DNA from: an uncultured Nitrospiraceae bacterium
GTDB taxonomy: Bacteria; Nitrospirota; Thermodesulfovibrionia; Thermodesulfovibrionales; Dissulfurispiraceae
Assembly (NCBI GenBank): GCA_963705105.1
Contig: CAVPIW010000005.1
Coordinates: 256,001-320,000, forward strand
DNA: 64,000 bases
Direction of reading: 5' to 3'
The notes below the pieces were generated by a model, which saw nothing but the letters and a program-made list of their open reading frames with translations, was not told where the DNA came from and did not search any database. Shown here piece after piece: positions 42,095-51,970 of the stretch (its first letter is position 1; each line of letters starts with the position of its first letter). The position numbers and the translations under genes were made by a program.

Positions 42095-42359
42095 GACTCC
42101 CTCCGTGTCTCCTGAAAGGTTCTTGTTCATTCCTGTCATAGCTTTGCAATAAACGATCATTCAATCTCAGCGATACGTATCGGAAGCGGTGCGTTAGGAT
42201 CGGTGAGGCCCGTCGTGCATCGGTGACGTCCTCACATAAAGGATAGACGAAAGGGGCGGGTGAAAAATGTGTTTCGCCTCACAGGGCCGGGGCGGCCGCG
42301 GTCGGCTGAAAACTGCAGGGGCCTGCCGGGCAGGGCCCGTAAAAAACCGGCGTTGTCTG

Positions 42360-42602
42360 TCAGTTCCTGCGGCTGGACGGGTGATCCGAAATGTCCTCAT
42401 CAATCATACGGAACTGGAACCCCTCGGAAATGTCCCCCACAAAAGCAATGAAGTCCGCGCACTGGTATCCTGTCCTGGCACAGCGGGCGACCCTGCGGTT
42501 GCTGCAGTGTATGCAGGGCGGGTCCCCGGCTTCCTTCATGGCATGAACCAGTCTGCTGTATTCCGAAAGAACCGACCTTGACATTTTGAGATCCGCTTTC
42601 AT
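42360..42602 (-). CDS. Small Cys-rich hypothetical protein
   Basis: AAGGAGG RBS; CIHC-x7-C-x6-C. Confidence 0.6.
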   Translation of the reverse strand: MKADLKMSRSVLSEYSRLVHAMKEAGDPPCIHCSNRRVARCARTGYQCADFIAFVGDISEGFQFRMIDEDISDHPSSRRN

Positions 42603-42637
42603 GGAGACCCTCCTTGCACGTCGTTTAGTGAATATAA

Positions 42638-42654
42638 AGCAATTATGATGCCAA
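42638..42654 (-). promoter_or_regulatory. Sigma54 (-24/-12) promoter
   Basis: Minus strand TTGGCATCATAATTGCT; GG-N10-GC spacing. Confidence 0.65.
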
Positions 42655-43082
42655 TTTCAACTCCCAGCGTCGCAGCCCCCCGCGGAAAGGGCCTGACTTC
42701 CTGAATGACCGACAATGCTACATCTCAGGGGGTCCCGAACATACACTGTCAGAGCCGATTTTTGTCACCTCAGTGACGATTTTTCTCATCCGGGGCCGCT
42801 CCTTTCCGAAAATATCCATAATATCCATAATAATTCCTCACCTCTGTCCAAAATATTTTGCAGCCGGACTTTGAAAACGAGGATAGGGTGTGGTTTCTGA
42901 AGCAAATCACGGCTGAAACTCGTATCAGGTTATTGTGGACTTACATTTCTTGGAACACTTGTGTATCACAACACGAACACCATTATGATCCCGAAAGGGC
43001 AATTATTTCCCGGGCTATGCACAATGTTCCCACCTGTGCCGTTGTGGTAAAATGTCACAGCCTGCAGAAGACGGGAGGGTCC

Positions 43083-46000
43083 ATGTCCGTACCTATCATG
43101 CATCTGTACCGCAGCCCCGCGCTCAGCCCATACCAGAAGGAGAATCTCCTCTCCAAAGCGCGTGATGTGGGCATGACGGCCCTTGAAGATATCCTCTCCG
43201 AATACTGCTTCAATGTGGAGACCTCTGCCGTGCTCACGGACAGCGAACTCGCCGTCCTCAGGTGGCTTCTTGCGGAAACCTTCGAGCCCTCATTTTTTTC
43301 CGCCGAAAGCTTCCTCTCCGCCCCTGCCCCGGCGGGCGTATCGCACAATACCCCTCACCGCATCGTCGAGGTGGGTCCACGGATGAACTTCACGACGGCC
43401 TGGTCCACCAATGCCGTTGCCGTCTGCCATGCCTGCGGCATCGGTAAGATAAGGCGCATCGAGCGGTCGCGGCGGTTCGGGCTCCTCTTCTCCCCTGAAG
43501 CCCGCACCGCCCTCATCGAGCAGTCCCTGCCGCTCTTCCCCGGTCTCGTTCACGACCGGATGACTGAGTGTCCCTATCCGGCACCCCTCGCCACCTTTGC
43601 GACGGGCATGAAACCGGAGAATGTGAGGATCGTCCCCGTCATCGGGGAGGGAAAACCGGCCCTGGAGAGGATCAACAGGGAACTGGGCCTCGGGTTCGAC
43701 GCCTGGGACATCGACTACTACCACGACCTCTTCGTTCGGGACCTGAAGAGGAACCCCACCGACGTCGAGTGCTTCGACCTCAGCCAGTCGAACAGCGAGC
43801 ACTCCCGTCATTGGTTTTTCCGGGGCAGGCTGATTATAGACGGCAAGGAAATGCCGCACACGCTGATGCAGGTTGTGAAAGAGCCCTATCTGCGCAACCC
43901 CGGCAACAGCATCATTGCTTTCAGCGACAACTCCAGCGCCATCAGGGGATACGAGATCAGGACGATTCTCCCCGGGGACCCCCGCATCCCCTCGCCGTTC
44001 CGTCAGAGGCGGCTGAATTACCACATTATTTTCACGGCCGAGACGCACAATTTCCCCTCCGGCGTGGCACCCTTCCCCGGCGCCGAAACGGGAACAGGCG
44101 GCAGGATCAGGGACGTCCACGCGACGGGCACGGGAAGCCTCGTCGTTGCCGGCACTGCGGCCTACTGCGTGGGCAACCTGCAGATACCAGGCTATCCCCT
44201 TCCCTGGGAAGATCCGTCGTTCCACTACCCCGGCAACCTTGCGCCGCCTCTCCGGATCGAGATCGAGGCAAGCAACGGGGCTTCTGACTACGGGAACAAG
44301 TTCGGCGAACCCGTCATCCAGGGATTCACCCGTTCCTTCGGCCTCCGCATCCCCGGAGGCGAGAGGCGTGAGTGGATCAAGCCGATCATGTTCACCGGCG
44401 GCGTCGGTCAGATCGACGACAGGCATACCGCAAAAGGCGCTCCCGGGCAGGACATGGTCGTCGTCAAGATCGGCGGGCCGGCCTACCGCATCGGCATGGG
44501 CGGCGGCTCGGCATCGAGCATGATACAGGGAGAAAATGTGGAAGAGCTCGATTTCAACGCCGTCCAGCGCGGCGACGCCGAGATGGAGCAGAAGGTCAAC
44601 AGGGTGATCAGGGCCTGCGTCGAATATGGTGACGCAAACCCCATCCTGAGCATCCACGACCAGGGAGCGGGGGGAAACTGCAATGTCGTCAAGGAGATCA
44701 TCTACCCCGCCGGCGCAAAAATCAGCATACGCAAGGTCATCCTGGGCGACGAGACTCTCTCGGTCCTCGAAATCTGGGGAGCCGAGTACCAGGAGCAGGA
44801 TGCCGTTCTCATCAGGCGGGAGAGCGCCGGTCTCTTTGGGGCCCTCTGCGAGCGCGAAAAAGTGCCCTTTGCCGTCATCGGTGACATTACCGGCGACGGG
44901 TTCATCACGCTTCATGACGAATCCGACGGATCCACGCCGGTCCACCTCGAACTCGAAAAAGTCCTTGGACATATGCCCGGCAAGACCTTTCACCTCGACC
45001 GCAGTCCGGCGGAACTCCGGCCTCTCCGTTTTCCCTGGAACGGCGAGGGGTGGAAGGGGTCGTACGGCGACGCCATCACCGAGGCCCTCGGAAGGGTGCT
45101 CAGGCTCGTCTCCGTCGGCTCGAAGCGCTTCCTCGTCAACAAGGTCGACCGCTCCGTCACGGGCCTCATCGCCCGCCAGCAGTGCACCGGTCCGCTTCAC
45201 CTCACTGTCGCCGACGTGGCGGTCATAGCACAGAGCCACCTCGGACTGACAGGCGCTGCCATTGCGATCGGCGAGCAGCCTGTCAAGGGTCTTGTCGACC
45301 CCGCCGCCATGGCGCGGATGAGCGTGGGCGAGGCCCTGACGAACATCGTCTGGGCGAAGATCAGCGACATCGAAGACATCAGGTGCTCCGCCAACTGGAT
45401 GTGGGCTCCCAAGCTTCCCGGTGAAGGCTCGAAGCTCTACGACGCGGCGGTGGCGATGCGGGACATCATGATCGACCTCGGCATCGCCGTCGACGGAGGA
45501 AAGGACAGCCTCTCCATGGCCGCAAGGGTGACCCGCCCGTCAGGGGAGACCGAAGTGGTGAAGTCTCCCGGGACCCTCGTCATCTCGGCCTACGCGCCCT
45601 GCCCCGACGTCACGAAGGTCCTCACGCCCGATCTCAGGAGGCCCGGAAAGAGCAGGCTGCTCCTGATCGACCTCGGCAGGGGAAAAACAAGGCTCGGCGG
45701 GTCCGCCCTGGCTCACTGCTACGGTCAGATCGGTGACGAGTCCCCGGATGTGGATGACACAGGGCTCCTCAAGAGCGCCTTCCGGACCGTCCAGCACCTC
45801 ATCGGGAGGGACCTCATCCTCTGCGGCCATGACAGGAGCGACGGCGGACTCATCACGGCGGTCCTCGAGATGGCCTTTGCCGGCAACTGCGGCGTCGATC
45901 TGACGGTGCCCCTCCCGGCCGGGCTGAGCGACCCCATCCCCCTGCTCTTTTCCGAGGAGCTGGGCCTCGTGATCGGGTACGACCCGGCAGACGAGCATGA

Positions 46001-47084
46001 TGTCTTTGCGGTCCTCGGTGAATATGCCGTACCCTTCGAGGTCATAGGGGAAAGCACTGTCGAACCGAGGATCAGGATCACAGCAGGAGATACTGTCATT
46101 CTTGAGGAGGACGTGACGATGCTGAGGTCCCTCTGGGAGGAGACGAGCTACGAGCTCGACAGGCTCCAGGCGAATCCCCGGTGCGTCGACGAGGAAAGGG
46201 AGACGGTCGCCCGCAGGACCGGCCCGTCGTTTCTTGTATCCTTCACGCCGGAACCGACCCCGGAGGCGCTCCTGCTGCGTGAGTCGAAGCCGGCCGTCGC
46301 GATCATTCGGGAAGAGGGAAGCAATGGAGACCGGGAAATGACGTCCGCCTTTTACACAGCGGGGTTTGAGCCCTGGGACGTGACGATGACGGACCTGATC
46401 GCAGGCCGCGTCAGCCTCTCGGGGTTCAGGGGGGTTGTCTTCGTCGGCGGGTTCAGCTACGCCGATGTCCTCGATTCGGCAAAAGGGTGGGCAGGCGCCA
46501 TACGATTCAATGCCGTCCTCTCCGACCAGTTCCGGGCATTTTACGACCGTGCCGACACCTTCAGCCTCGGTGTCTGCAACGGATGCCAGCTCATGGCCCT
46601 TCTCGGATGGGTCCCCTGGCGGGGGATAGACGACGTTACGCAACCAAGGTTCGTCAGGAACACATCGGGCCGGTTCGAGTCCCGGTTTTCGACGGTCAGG
46701 ATCCTCGAAAGTCCGTCGATCATGCTCAGGGACATGGCCGGTTCCGTCCTCGGTGTCTGGGTGGCCCACGGTGAGGGAAGGGTCCATTTCCCCGAATCTT
46801 CGACGATCGATGACGTAGAGGCCAGGGGACTCGCCCCCGTCAGGTACGTCGACGACGGCGGAGAGATCACGGAGCGGTATCCCTTCAACCCCAACGGTTC
46901 GCCCCGGGGCATCACGGCCCTTTGCACGCCTGACGGCCGGCACCTCGCCATGATGCCCCATCCCGAGCGGACCTTCCTCTTGTGGCAATGGGCCTGGATG
47001 CCCGAAGAGGTGAAGAAAACCCTCCGGGCCTCGCCATGGCTCAGGATGTTTCAGAATGCCCGGGCCTGGTGCGATGGCCGGTAA
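43083..47084 (+). CDS. purL: Phosphoribosylformylglycinamidine synthase, large single-chain type
   Basis: NSEHSRH, ETHNFP, DQGAGG, GGFSYAD, GVCNGCQ, MPHPER; GGGAGG RBS before ATG 43083. Confidence 0.96.
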   Translation: MSVPIMHLYRSPALSPYQKENLLSKARDVGMTALEDILSEYCFNVETSAVLTDSELAVLRWLLAETFEPSFFSAESFLSAPAPAGVSHNTPHRIVEVGPRMNFTTAWSTNAVAVCHACGIGKIRRIERSRRFGLLFSPEARTALIEQSLPLFPGLVHDRMTECPYPAPLATFATGMKPENVRIVPVIGEGKPALERINRELGLGFDAWDIDYYHDLFVRDLKRNPTDVECFDLSQSNSEHSRHWFFRGRLIIDGKEMPHTLMQVVKEPYLRNPGNSIIAFSDNSSAIRGYEIRTILPGDPRIPSPFRQRRLNYHIIFTAETHNFPSGVAPFPGAETGTGGRIRDVHATGTGSLVVAGTAAYCVGNLQIPGYPLPWEDPSFHYPGNLAPPLRIEIEASNGASDYGNKFGEPVIQGFTRSFGLRIPGGERREWIKPIMFTGGVGQIDDRHTAKGAPGQDMVVVKIGGPAYRIGMGGGSASSMIQGENVEELDFNAVQRGDAEMEQKVNRVIRACVEYGDANPILSIHDQGAGGNCNVVKEIIYPAGAKISIRKVILGDETLSVLEIWGAEYQEQDAVLIRRESAGLFGALCEREKVPFAVIGDITGDGFITLHDESDGSTPVHLELEKVLGHMPGKTFHLDRSPAELRPLRFPWNGEGWKGSYGDAITEALGRVLRLVSVGSKRFLVNKVDRSVTGLIARQQCTGPLHLTVADVAVIAQSHLGLTGAAIAIGEQPVKGLVDPAAMARMSVGEALTNIVWAKISDIEDIRCSANWMWAPKLPGEGSKLYDAAVAMRDIMIDLGIAVDGGKDSLSMAARVTRPSGETEVVKSPGTLVISAYAPCPDVTKVLTPDLRRPGKSRLLLIDLGRGKTRLGGSALAHCYGQIGDESPDVDDTGLLKSAFRTVQHLIGRDLILCGHDRSDGGLITAVLEMAFAGNCGVDLTVPLPAGLSDPIPLLFSEELGLVIGYDPADEHDVFAVLGEYAVPFEVIGESTVEPRIRITAGDTVILEEDVTMLRSLWEETSYELDRLQANPRCVDEERETVARRTGPSFLVSFTPEPTPEALLLRESKPAVAIIREEGSNGDREMTSAFYTAGFEPWDVTMTDLIAGRVSLSGFRGVVFVGGFSYADVLDSAKGWAGAIRFNAVLSDQFRAFYDRADTFSLGVCNGCQLMALLGWVPWRGIDDVTQPRFVRNTSGRFESRFSTVRILESPSIMLRDMAGSVLGVWVAHGEGRVHFPESSTIDDVEARGLAPVRYVDDGGEITERYPFNPNGSPRGITALCTPDGRHLAMMPHPERTFLLWQWAWMPEEVKKTLRASPWLRMFQNARAWCDGR

Positions 47085-47105
47085 CTTTTTTTCTGGGGCC
47101 GGACT

Positions 47106-48221
47106 ATGCGACATATGAAAGGGAAAGCGAATAACAATTCACACCTGCGGGCACCGGTGCAGGGCACGGCGAGGAAACGATCGACCAAGGCCGGCCTCCC
47201 TCCCGGCACCCTCGTGCACATCGGGGGAGAGAAAACCGGAACGATCGGCATCACCGTGACGGAGTATTCGTCGGACTCGCTCATTGAGCGCGAACTGTCG
47301 TCTCTTGAGGAATGTCCCATCGTCAGCGGCAAACAGACGGTGACATGGATACACATCGACGGCGTTCACGAAGCGGAGACCGTCGAAAAGATCGGCGCCT
47401 GCTTCCATCTCCATCCCCTCATCATGGAAGACATCATGAACACCGAGCAGAGGCCGAAGATCGACGAATACGACGGGTACCTCTTCATCGTCCTCAAGAT
47501 CCTGAGCTATGACGAGGGGCAAAACGCCCTCGCGGCGGAACAGGTCAGCCTGGTCGTCGGACCGAACTATGTCATATCGTTCGAGGAGCAACGGGGGGAT
47601 TTTTTCGGCGCCGTCAGGGAGCGCATCAGGAACGAAAAGAGCCGCCTCCGGTCACTGGGCGCCGATTATCTCGCCTATTCCCTGATCGACTCCGTTGTGG
47701 ATGCATACTTTATCATCCTCGAGAAGATCGGGGAGAAAATCGAGTTTGTCGAGGAGGATGTCGTCGCCATGCCGTCGACACGGATTGTGAGGGAGATCCA
47801 TGAACTGAAGCGCGAAATGATCTTCCTGCGGAGGTCGGTCTGGCCCCTCCGGGAGATCATCAGCCTCCTTGAGCGGCATGAATCCGGCATCATCCAGCAG
47901 GCGACCCGCGTCTACCTCAAGGACGTCTACGATCACACTATCCAGATCATGGATACCGTCGAGACCCATCGCGATATCATCTCGGGCATGCTCGACATCT
48001 ATCTTTCAAGTATCAGCAACAGGCTCAACGAGGTGATGAAGGTCCTGACGATCATCTCGACCATATTCATCCCCCTGACCTTCATCGCCGGCGTTTACGG
48101 TATGAATTTCAAGTTTATGCCCGAACTGGACTCGCCCTGGGGCTATCCCCTCATCCTTCTCGTCATGCTCGTCATCGGCCTCTCCATGGTCCTCTATTTC
48201 CGCAGGAAGAAGTGGATCTGA
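47106..48221 (+). CDS. corA: Magnesium/cobalt transporter CorA
   Basis: GLPPGTL, HPLIMED, YGMNF, MPEL. Confidence 0.96.
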   Translation: MRHMKGKANNNSHLRAPVQGTARKRSTKAGLPPGTLVHIGGEKTGTIGITVTEYSSDSLIERELSSLEECPIVSGKQTVTWIHIDGVHEAETVEKIGACFHLHPLIMEDIMNTEQRPKIDEYDGYLFIVLKILSYDEGQNALAAEQVSLVVGPNYVISFEEQRGDFFGAVRERIRNEKSRLRSLGADYLAYSLIDSVVDAYFIILEKIGEKIEFVEEDVVAMPSTRIVREIHELKREMIFLRRSVWPLREIISLLERHESGIIQQATRVYLKDVYDHTIQIMDTVETHRDIISGMLDIYLSSISNRLNEVMKVLTIISTIFIPLTFIAGVYGMNFKFMPELDSPWGYPLILLVMLVIGLSMVLYFRRKKWI

Positions 48222-48246
48222 TTCGTTCGAGAAGAGAGGTATAGGC

Positions 48247-48597
48247 ATGCAGGAAATCGCCCCGTTAAAACCGGAACTGAGGGACCTCTTCAGGCGGGAA
48301 CTCACGGCATCGGAAAAAATCTTCTTTCTGAAGAAGGCCGACGAGGCCATTTTCGACAAACGCTATCAGCCCGGCGAGGACCTATTCCATTACTGCTACT
48401 TCCTCACACTCAAGGAACGGCTGCGGACCGTCAGCCCCGACGCCGGAGACGGATACCTGCGATATTTTCTCGTCGAGACGAAAAGGGACGTCGAGGATTC
48501 AGCGCACCTCTATCAAGAAAGATTGGAATTGACGAAGCTGCCCAAGCCCGATGCAGCCACAGGCCAAAGGTTTATTATGGCGTTGGAAAGGGAATGA
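48247..48597 (+). CDS. Hypothetical protein
   Basis: GAGG RBS; follows corA; no family recognised. Confidence 0.65.
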   Translation: MQEIAPLKPELRDLFRRELTASEKIFFLKKADEAIFDKRYQPGEDLFHYCYFLTLKERLRTVSPDAGDGYLRYFLVETKRDVEDSAHLYQERLELTKLPKPDAATGQRFIMALERE

Positions 48598-49549
48598 CCC
48601 GCGATTCGATGAGTGCCCTGACGACAGTCGTCCAGGCCCTCGCGATATTTGAGAGGTTATACCCCCCTCCTCCGAGCGCGAGCAGCCTCCCACCGCAGCA
48701 TTCCTCGGCAAGGAGACAGAGCCGCTTCGTCACGTGATCATGGACGGCGACGGAATAATTGAGCTGTGTGATGGGATCGTCGGACAGGCCGTCGGCGCCG
48801 CACTGAAAGAGGATGAACTGGGGTCTGCCGTCTCTCAGGAATTCCTCGACGGGGCGCCAGCGTCTGAAAAACTCATCGTCGCCGGAATAGGGAGGCATGG
48901 GGATGTTGACCTTCGACCCTTCCGCAGACCCACGCCCCCTTTCGTCGGCGTCTCCCGTGCCCGGGTAGAGATAGCGGCCGTCTTCGTGGAAATCGGCAAA
49001 GATGACCGCCGGATCCGAGTCGAAGGAATAGTAGACACCGTCGGCATGATGGGCATCGATGTCGACGTAGGCGATACGATCGAGTCCGAAGACTGATTTC
49101 AGCGTCTCGATGGCGACGCCGCAGTCGTTGAAGACGCAGAATCCCCCGGCGGAATTCCTGCGGGCATGATGCAATCCTGCGATCGGAATGAAGGCCCTCC
49201 TGCAGGAGCCGTCCATAATGCGCGAAAGGGCGTCGAGGCCCGTTCCCACGACGAAGGAAGCCGCCTCGAACACGCCGGGAAAGGCAGGGGTATCACCGTA
49301 GTCAAGATACCCGGTCCCCCTCTCCGATTGGCTTTTGACGCGCTCGACGTAATCGTGGGTATGAAAGCGTTCTAACTCATCCCCCGTTGCCATGACGGGT
49401 TTGCCGGGGCAGACCTTTCGGTCCAGTTCGAGGCGGAACAGCTCATCCTGAAAGACGCTGAGGCGGCGCGGCCCCAGGGGATGGGAAGGGCCGAAGTTGT
49501 ACCGTCCGAGATCATCGCCGCTGTAAACACAGACGATGCAGTCCTTCAT
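48575..49549 (-). CDS. Histone deacetylase/AcuC family protein
   Basis: GLHHA, GFCVFND, DIDAHHADG, QCGAD, GGGGY. Confidence 0.92.
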   Translation of the reverse strand: MKDCIVCVYSGDDLGRYNFGPSHPLGPRRLSVFQDELFRLELDRKVCPGKPVMATGDELERFHTHDYVERVKSQSERGTGYLDYGDTPAFPGVFEAASFVVGTGLDALSRIMDGSCRRAFIPIAGLHHARRNSAGGFCVFNDCGVAIETLKSVFGLDRIAYVDIDAHHADGVYYSFDSDPAVIFADFHEDGRYLYPGTGDADERGRGSAEGSKVNIPMPPYSGDDEFFRRWRPVEEFLRDGRPQFILFQCGADGLSDDPITQLNYSVAVHDHVTKRLCLLAEECCGGRLLALGGGGYNLSNIARAWTTVVRALIESRVIPFPTP

Positions 49550-49582
49550 GTTTTCTCTCCCTCTCGGCAGGTGCACGCCTGC

Positions 49583-50539
49583 TCAGGCGATGGCGCCCAC
49601 TCAGGTCGAGCCCTGGCCGGCCGTGCAGCCGAAGCAGTGATCGCCGACGACGATCTTTCTTTCCGACAGGCGGCTGTAGTCGAACTCTTCGATGCGCTGG
49701 GGGCAGTCCTTTGCAAGGGGAATGCCGAGGATCTGGTTGAAGTCACAGTCGTGGAGACTGCCGTTCCAGGAGACGCTGACCAGGTGACGGCACATGAGAC
49801 CATCGAGGGTGCCGGCGTTGAAGGCATTGACAAGACTTGACTGATACCTTCCGAGATTGCCTGACCGGACGAGGAAATGCCGAAACCTGCCGATCGGCAT
49901 GTTCGTGAAGGTATAGAGGTTGTTGAAATGGATCCCGTGCCGTTCTGCAAGAATCTTCCGGTATTCTTCCTCGAGGTTCTTCTGCGGCGGCGCCAGGTAG
50001 GCCCCCGGCGGATTATAGACGAGGTTCAGCACGAGACCCGATGAGTCCATCCCGTAGCCGAGGCTGTTGAGCAGTTTCAGCGCCTGCAGGCTTCTGCAGA
50101 ACGTCCCTTTCCCCCTCACCCTGTCGACGGTATCCTCCGTATAATAGGGGACGGAAGCGACCACCTCGGCGCCCGTTGCAGCGAACATCTCCGGCAGGTC
50201 CGTCATGCCCTCTTCAAACAGGACGGTCAGGTTGCTCCTGACGACGGTGCGAATACCCATGGACGCCGACTCCCTGAGAATCCGCCGGAAATGGGGGTTC
50301 AACTCCGGCGCGCCGCCTGTCAGGTCGAGGGTCCTGATAGAGCCTTCGCCGAGAATCCTCAGGACATGACCAGCCGTGACGTCGTCCATCTCCTCCGTCC
50401 TCGCAGGGCCGGCCTCGGCGTGACAATGCTTGCAGGCCATGTTGCACCGGTATCCGAGATTGACCTGCAGGATGCTGATTTCTCTTGCGCCGAGCGATGA
50501 CAGCCCCGCCGTCTGCAACTTCTCCAGAAAAGCCGTCAT
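49583..50539 (-). CDS. arsS: ArsS-like radical SAM protein, probable selenoprotein (UGA at 49601-49603)
   Basis: CNMACKHC; LMCR..SVSW..DCDFNQ; CFGCTAGQGST-UGA-VGAIA followed by a hairpin. Confidence 0.75.
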
Positions 50540-50554
50540 GGCAATCAAACCTCG

Positions 50555-50887
50555 TTACAAGGATATCCTGTCAGCGGCATTGTGCGCCTGGATGCCGTGG
50601 ATGAGCGCCGCTCCTCCCCTGATGGCAGAAGCGACATGCACCGCCTCGGTGACATGATCGAGACTCATGCCCTCTTCCATGCATGCCCTCGTGTAGGCGT
50701 CGATACAGTACGGGCACTGAAGGACATGGGCGACGGCAAGCCCGATGAGGGTTTTTTCACGTTTCGACAGGATCCCGGGTTCGAGTGCCGCACTGTACCA
50801 GTCCATGAATTTCCGGAAAAGCTCCGGGTTGTATTTCCCCATCTCGCCGAACCTCTCGAGGTCTTCTTCACGATAGTATCCGCTCAC
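50555..50887 (-). CDS. AhpD/CMD-like peroxidase-like protein (ArsS-associated)
   Basis: REKTLIGLAVA..QCPYCID; EAVHVA..IRGGA. Confidence 0.85.
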   Translation of the reverse strand: MSGYYREEDLERFGEMGKYNPELFRKFMDWYSAALEPGILSKREKTLIGLAVAHVLQCPYCIDAYTRACMEEGMSLDHVTEAVHVASAIRGGAALIHGIQAHNAADRISL

Positions 50888-50967
50888 AACACCCCTCCTC
50901 CCGGAATGACAGTTTTTTTGTTTGTTTTATTATATCCCATACACAGAACAATCCGGAACCCAGCCTT

Positions 50968-51295
50968 TGGGGTCAGACTTGCGAATTGCATTAGACATGG
51001 AAACATAGTAATACGAACCCGAAAAGACATAAGAAATTAACATTTTTTGGATTGACCGAGGCAGAGAGCATTTCTCGGATTAAACTTAGGCAATATGGGA
51101 GAAAGACAAAGGGGTTGAAGTCATGGCGACTCTTCAGTCTTTCGGCAAGGGCCTATGGGCATCTCGGGATACGGATTGCCGCGTATCTGAAGAGATATCG
51201 GTCGGTGATTGCGAGATTTCAGGGAAGCCAATAACCAGACGTTATCAAGAGTCCGGAGTTTCAGAAAGCCAATAGCAATACACAAGTCTGACCCC
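50968..51295 (+). mobile_element. Non-autonomous, internally deleted derivative of the Y1 element
   Basis: Same ends TGGGGTCAGACTTGC...CAAGTCTGACCCC; degenerate transposase C-terminus inside. Confidence 0.8.
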
Positions 51296-51334
51296 GGTTG
51301 GATCAGCTATGGTGTGAGAGGCCGAAAAAAGGGG

Positions 51335-51858
51335 CTAGCGCCCCTGTGTTTCGGCGAAGGTCCAGCGGTCCTGGATTGTCTTATGCCGGGAGCAGAAAGC
51401 CTGACGGACCTGTTCGAACATCTCCTTTGTCCAGGGGGGCAACTCTTTTGCCGCCTTCGCCGCTGCGGCATAAAAATCGGCGAGATGATTCCTCAGGAAG
51501 ATGGTTCTTTCGTCGTCGAGGTCGTCCCCGTAAAAGTGAATGCCGTAGTTCTCCTGGGAGCGCCCGCCTCGAAGTGTCGCGGACCGTCAGCGCCGTGATA
51601 GTCGATCCAGACTTCATAGGTATTTGTCGTTCCCATCAGCGTCGTCGTCCTGATCAGGACCATGATGAGAAGGACATTATCCTCCCTTATCATACAGGGC
51701 AGGACGATGTTGGGTGACTGTGAGGTGCTGCGGATGGTCTTCGAATTCTCCCGTATCAGATAATCCAGATGTGCATCCGGTCTCGACACGAGAGCGGCGA
51801 TGGCCGAGCCTTCATTCTGCCTGACAATGAACTCCTGGGGATTTAATATGTTTTCCAT
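51335..51858 (-). pseudogene. Frameshifted hypothetical gene (or sequencing error)
   Basis: ORF from 51858 appears to shift frame near 51560 into a protein-like frame (SQENYGIHFYGDD...TQGR, stop at 51335). Confidence 0.55.
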
Positions 51859-51970
51859 GGGAGGGATTATAGCTGAAAGAACATCCCTCTGTCATCCCCA
51901 GTGACCTCAGGAATGCAACCCTTGCAGACGTCCTAGGGAACCCCTGAAATGCGGATCGGCCTTGGTCGTC

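Noticed and set aside
42858..43082. 75-aa N-terminal extension of PurL
   Set aside because: The region is AT-rich and not protein-like; a clear RBS precedes ATG 43083.
43290..47114. Long antisense ORFs (649 and 524 aa) opposite purL, and similar shadow ORFs elsewhere
   Set aside because: These are typical shadow frames of GC-rich coding DNA with no recognisable motifs.
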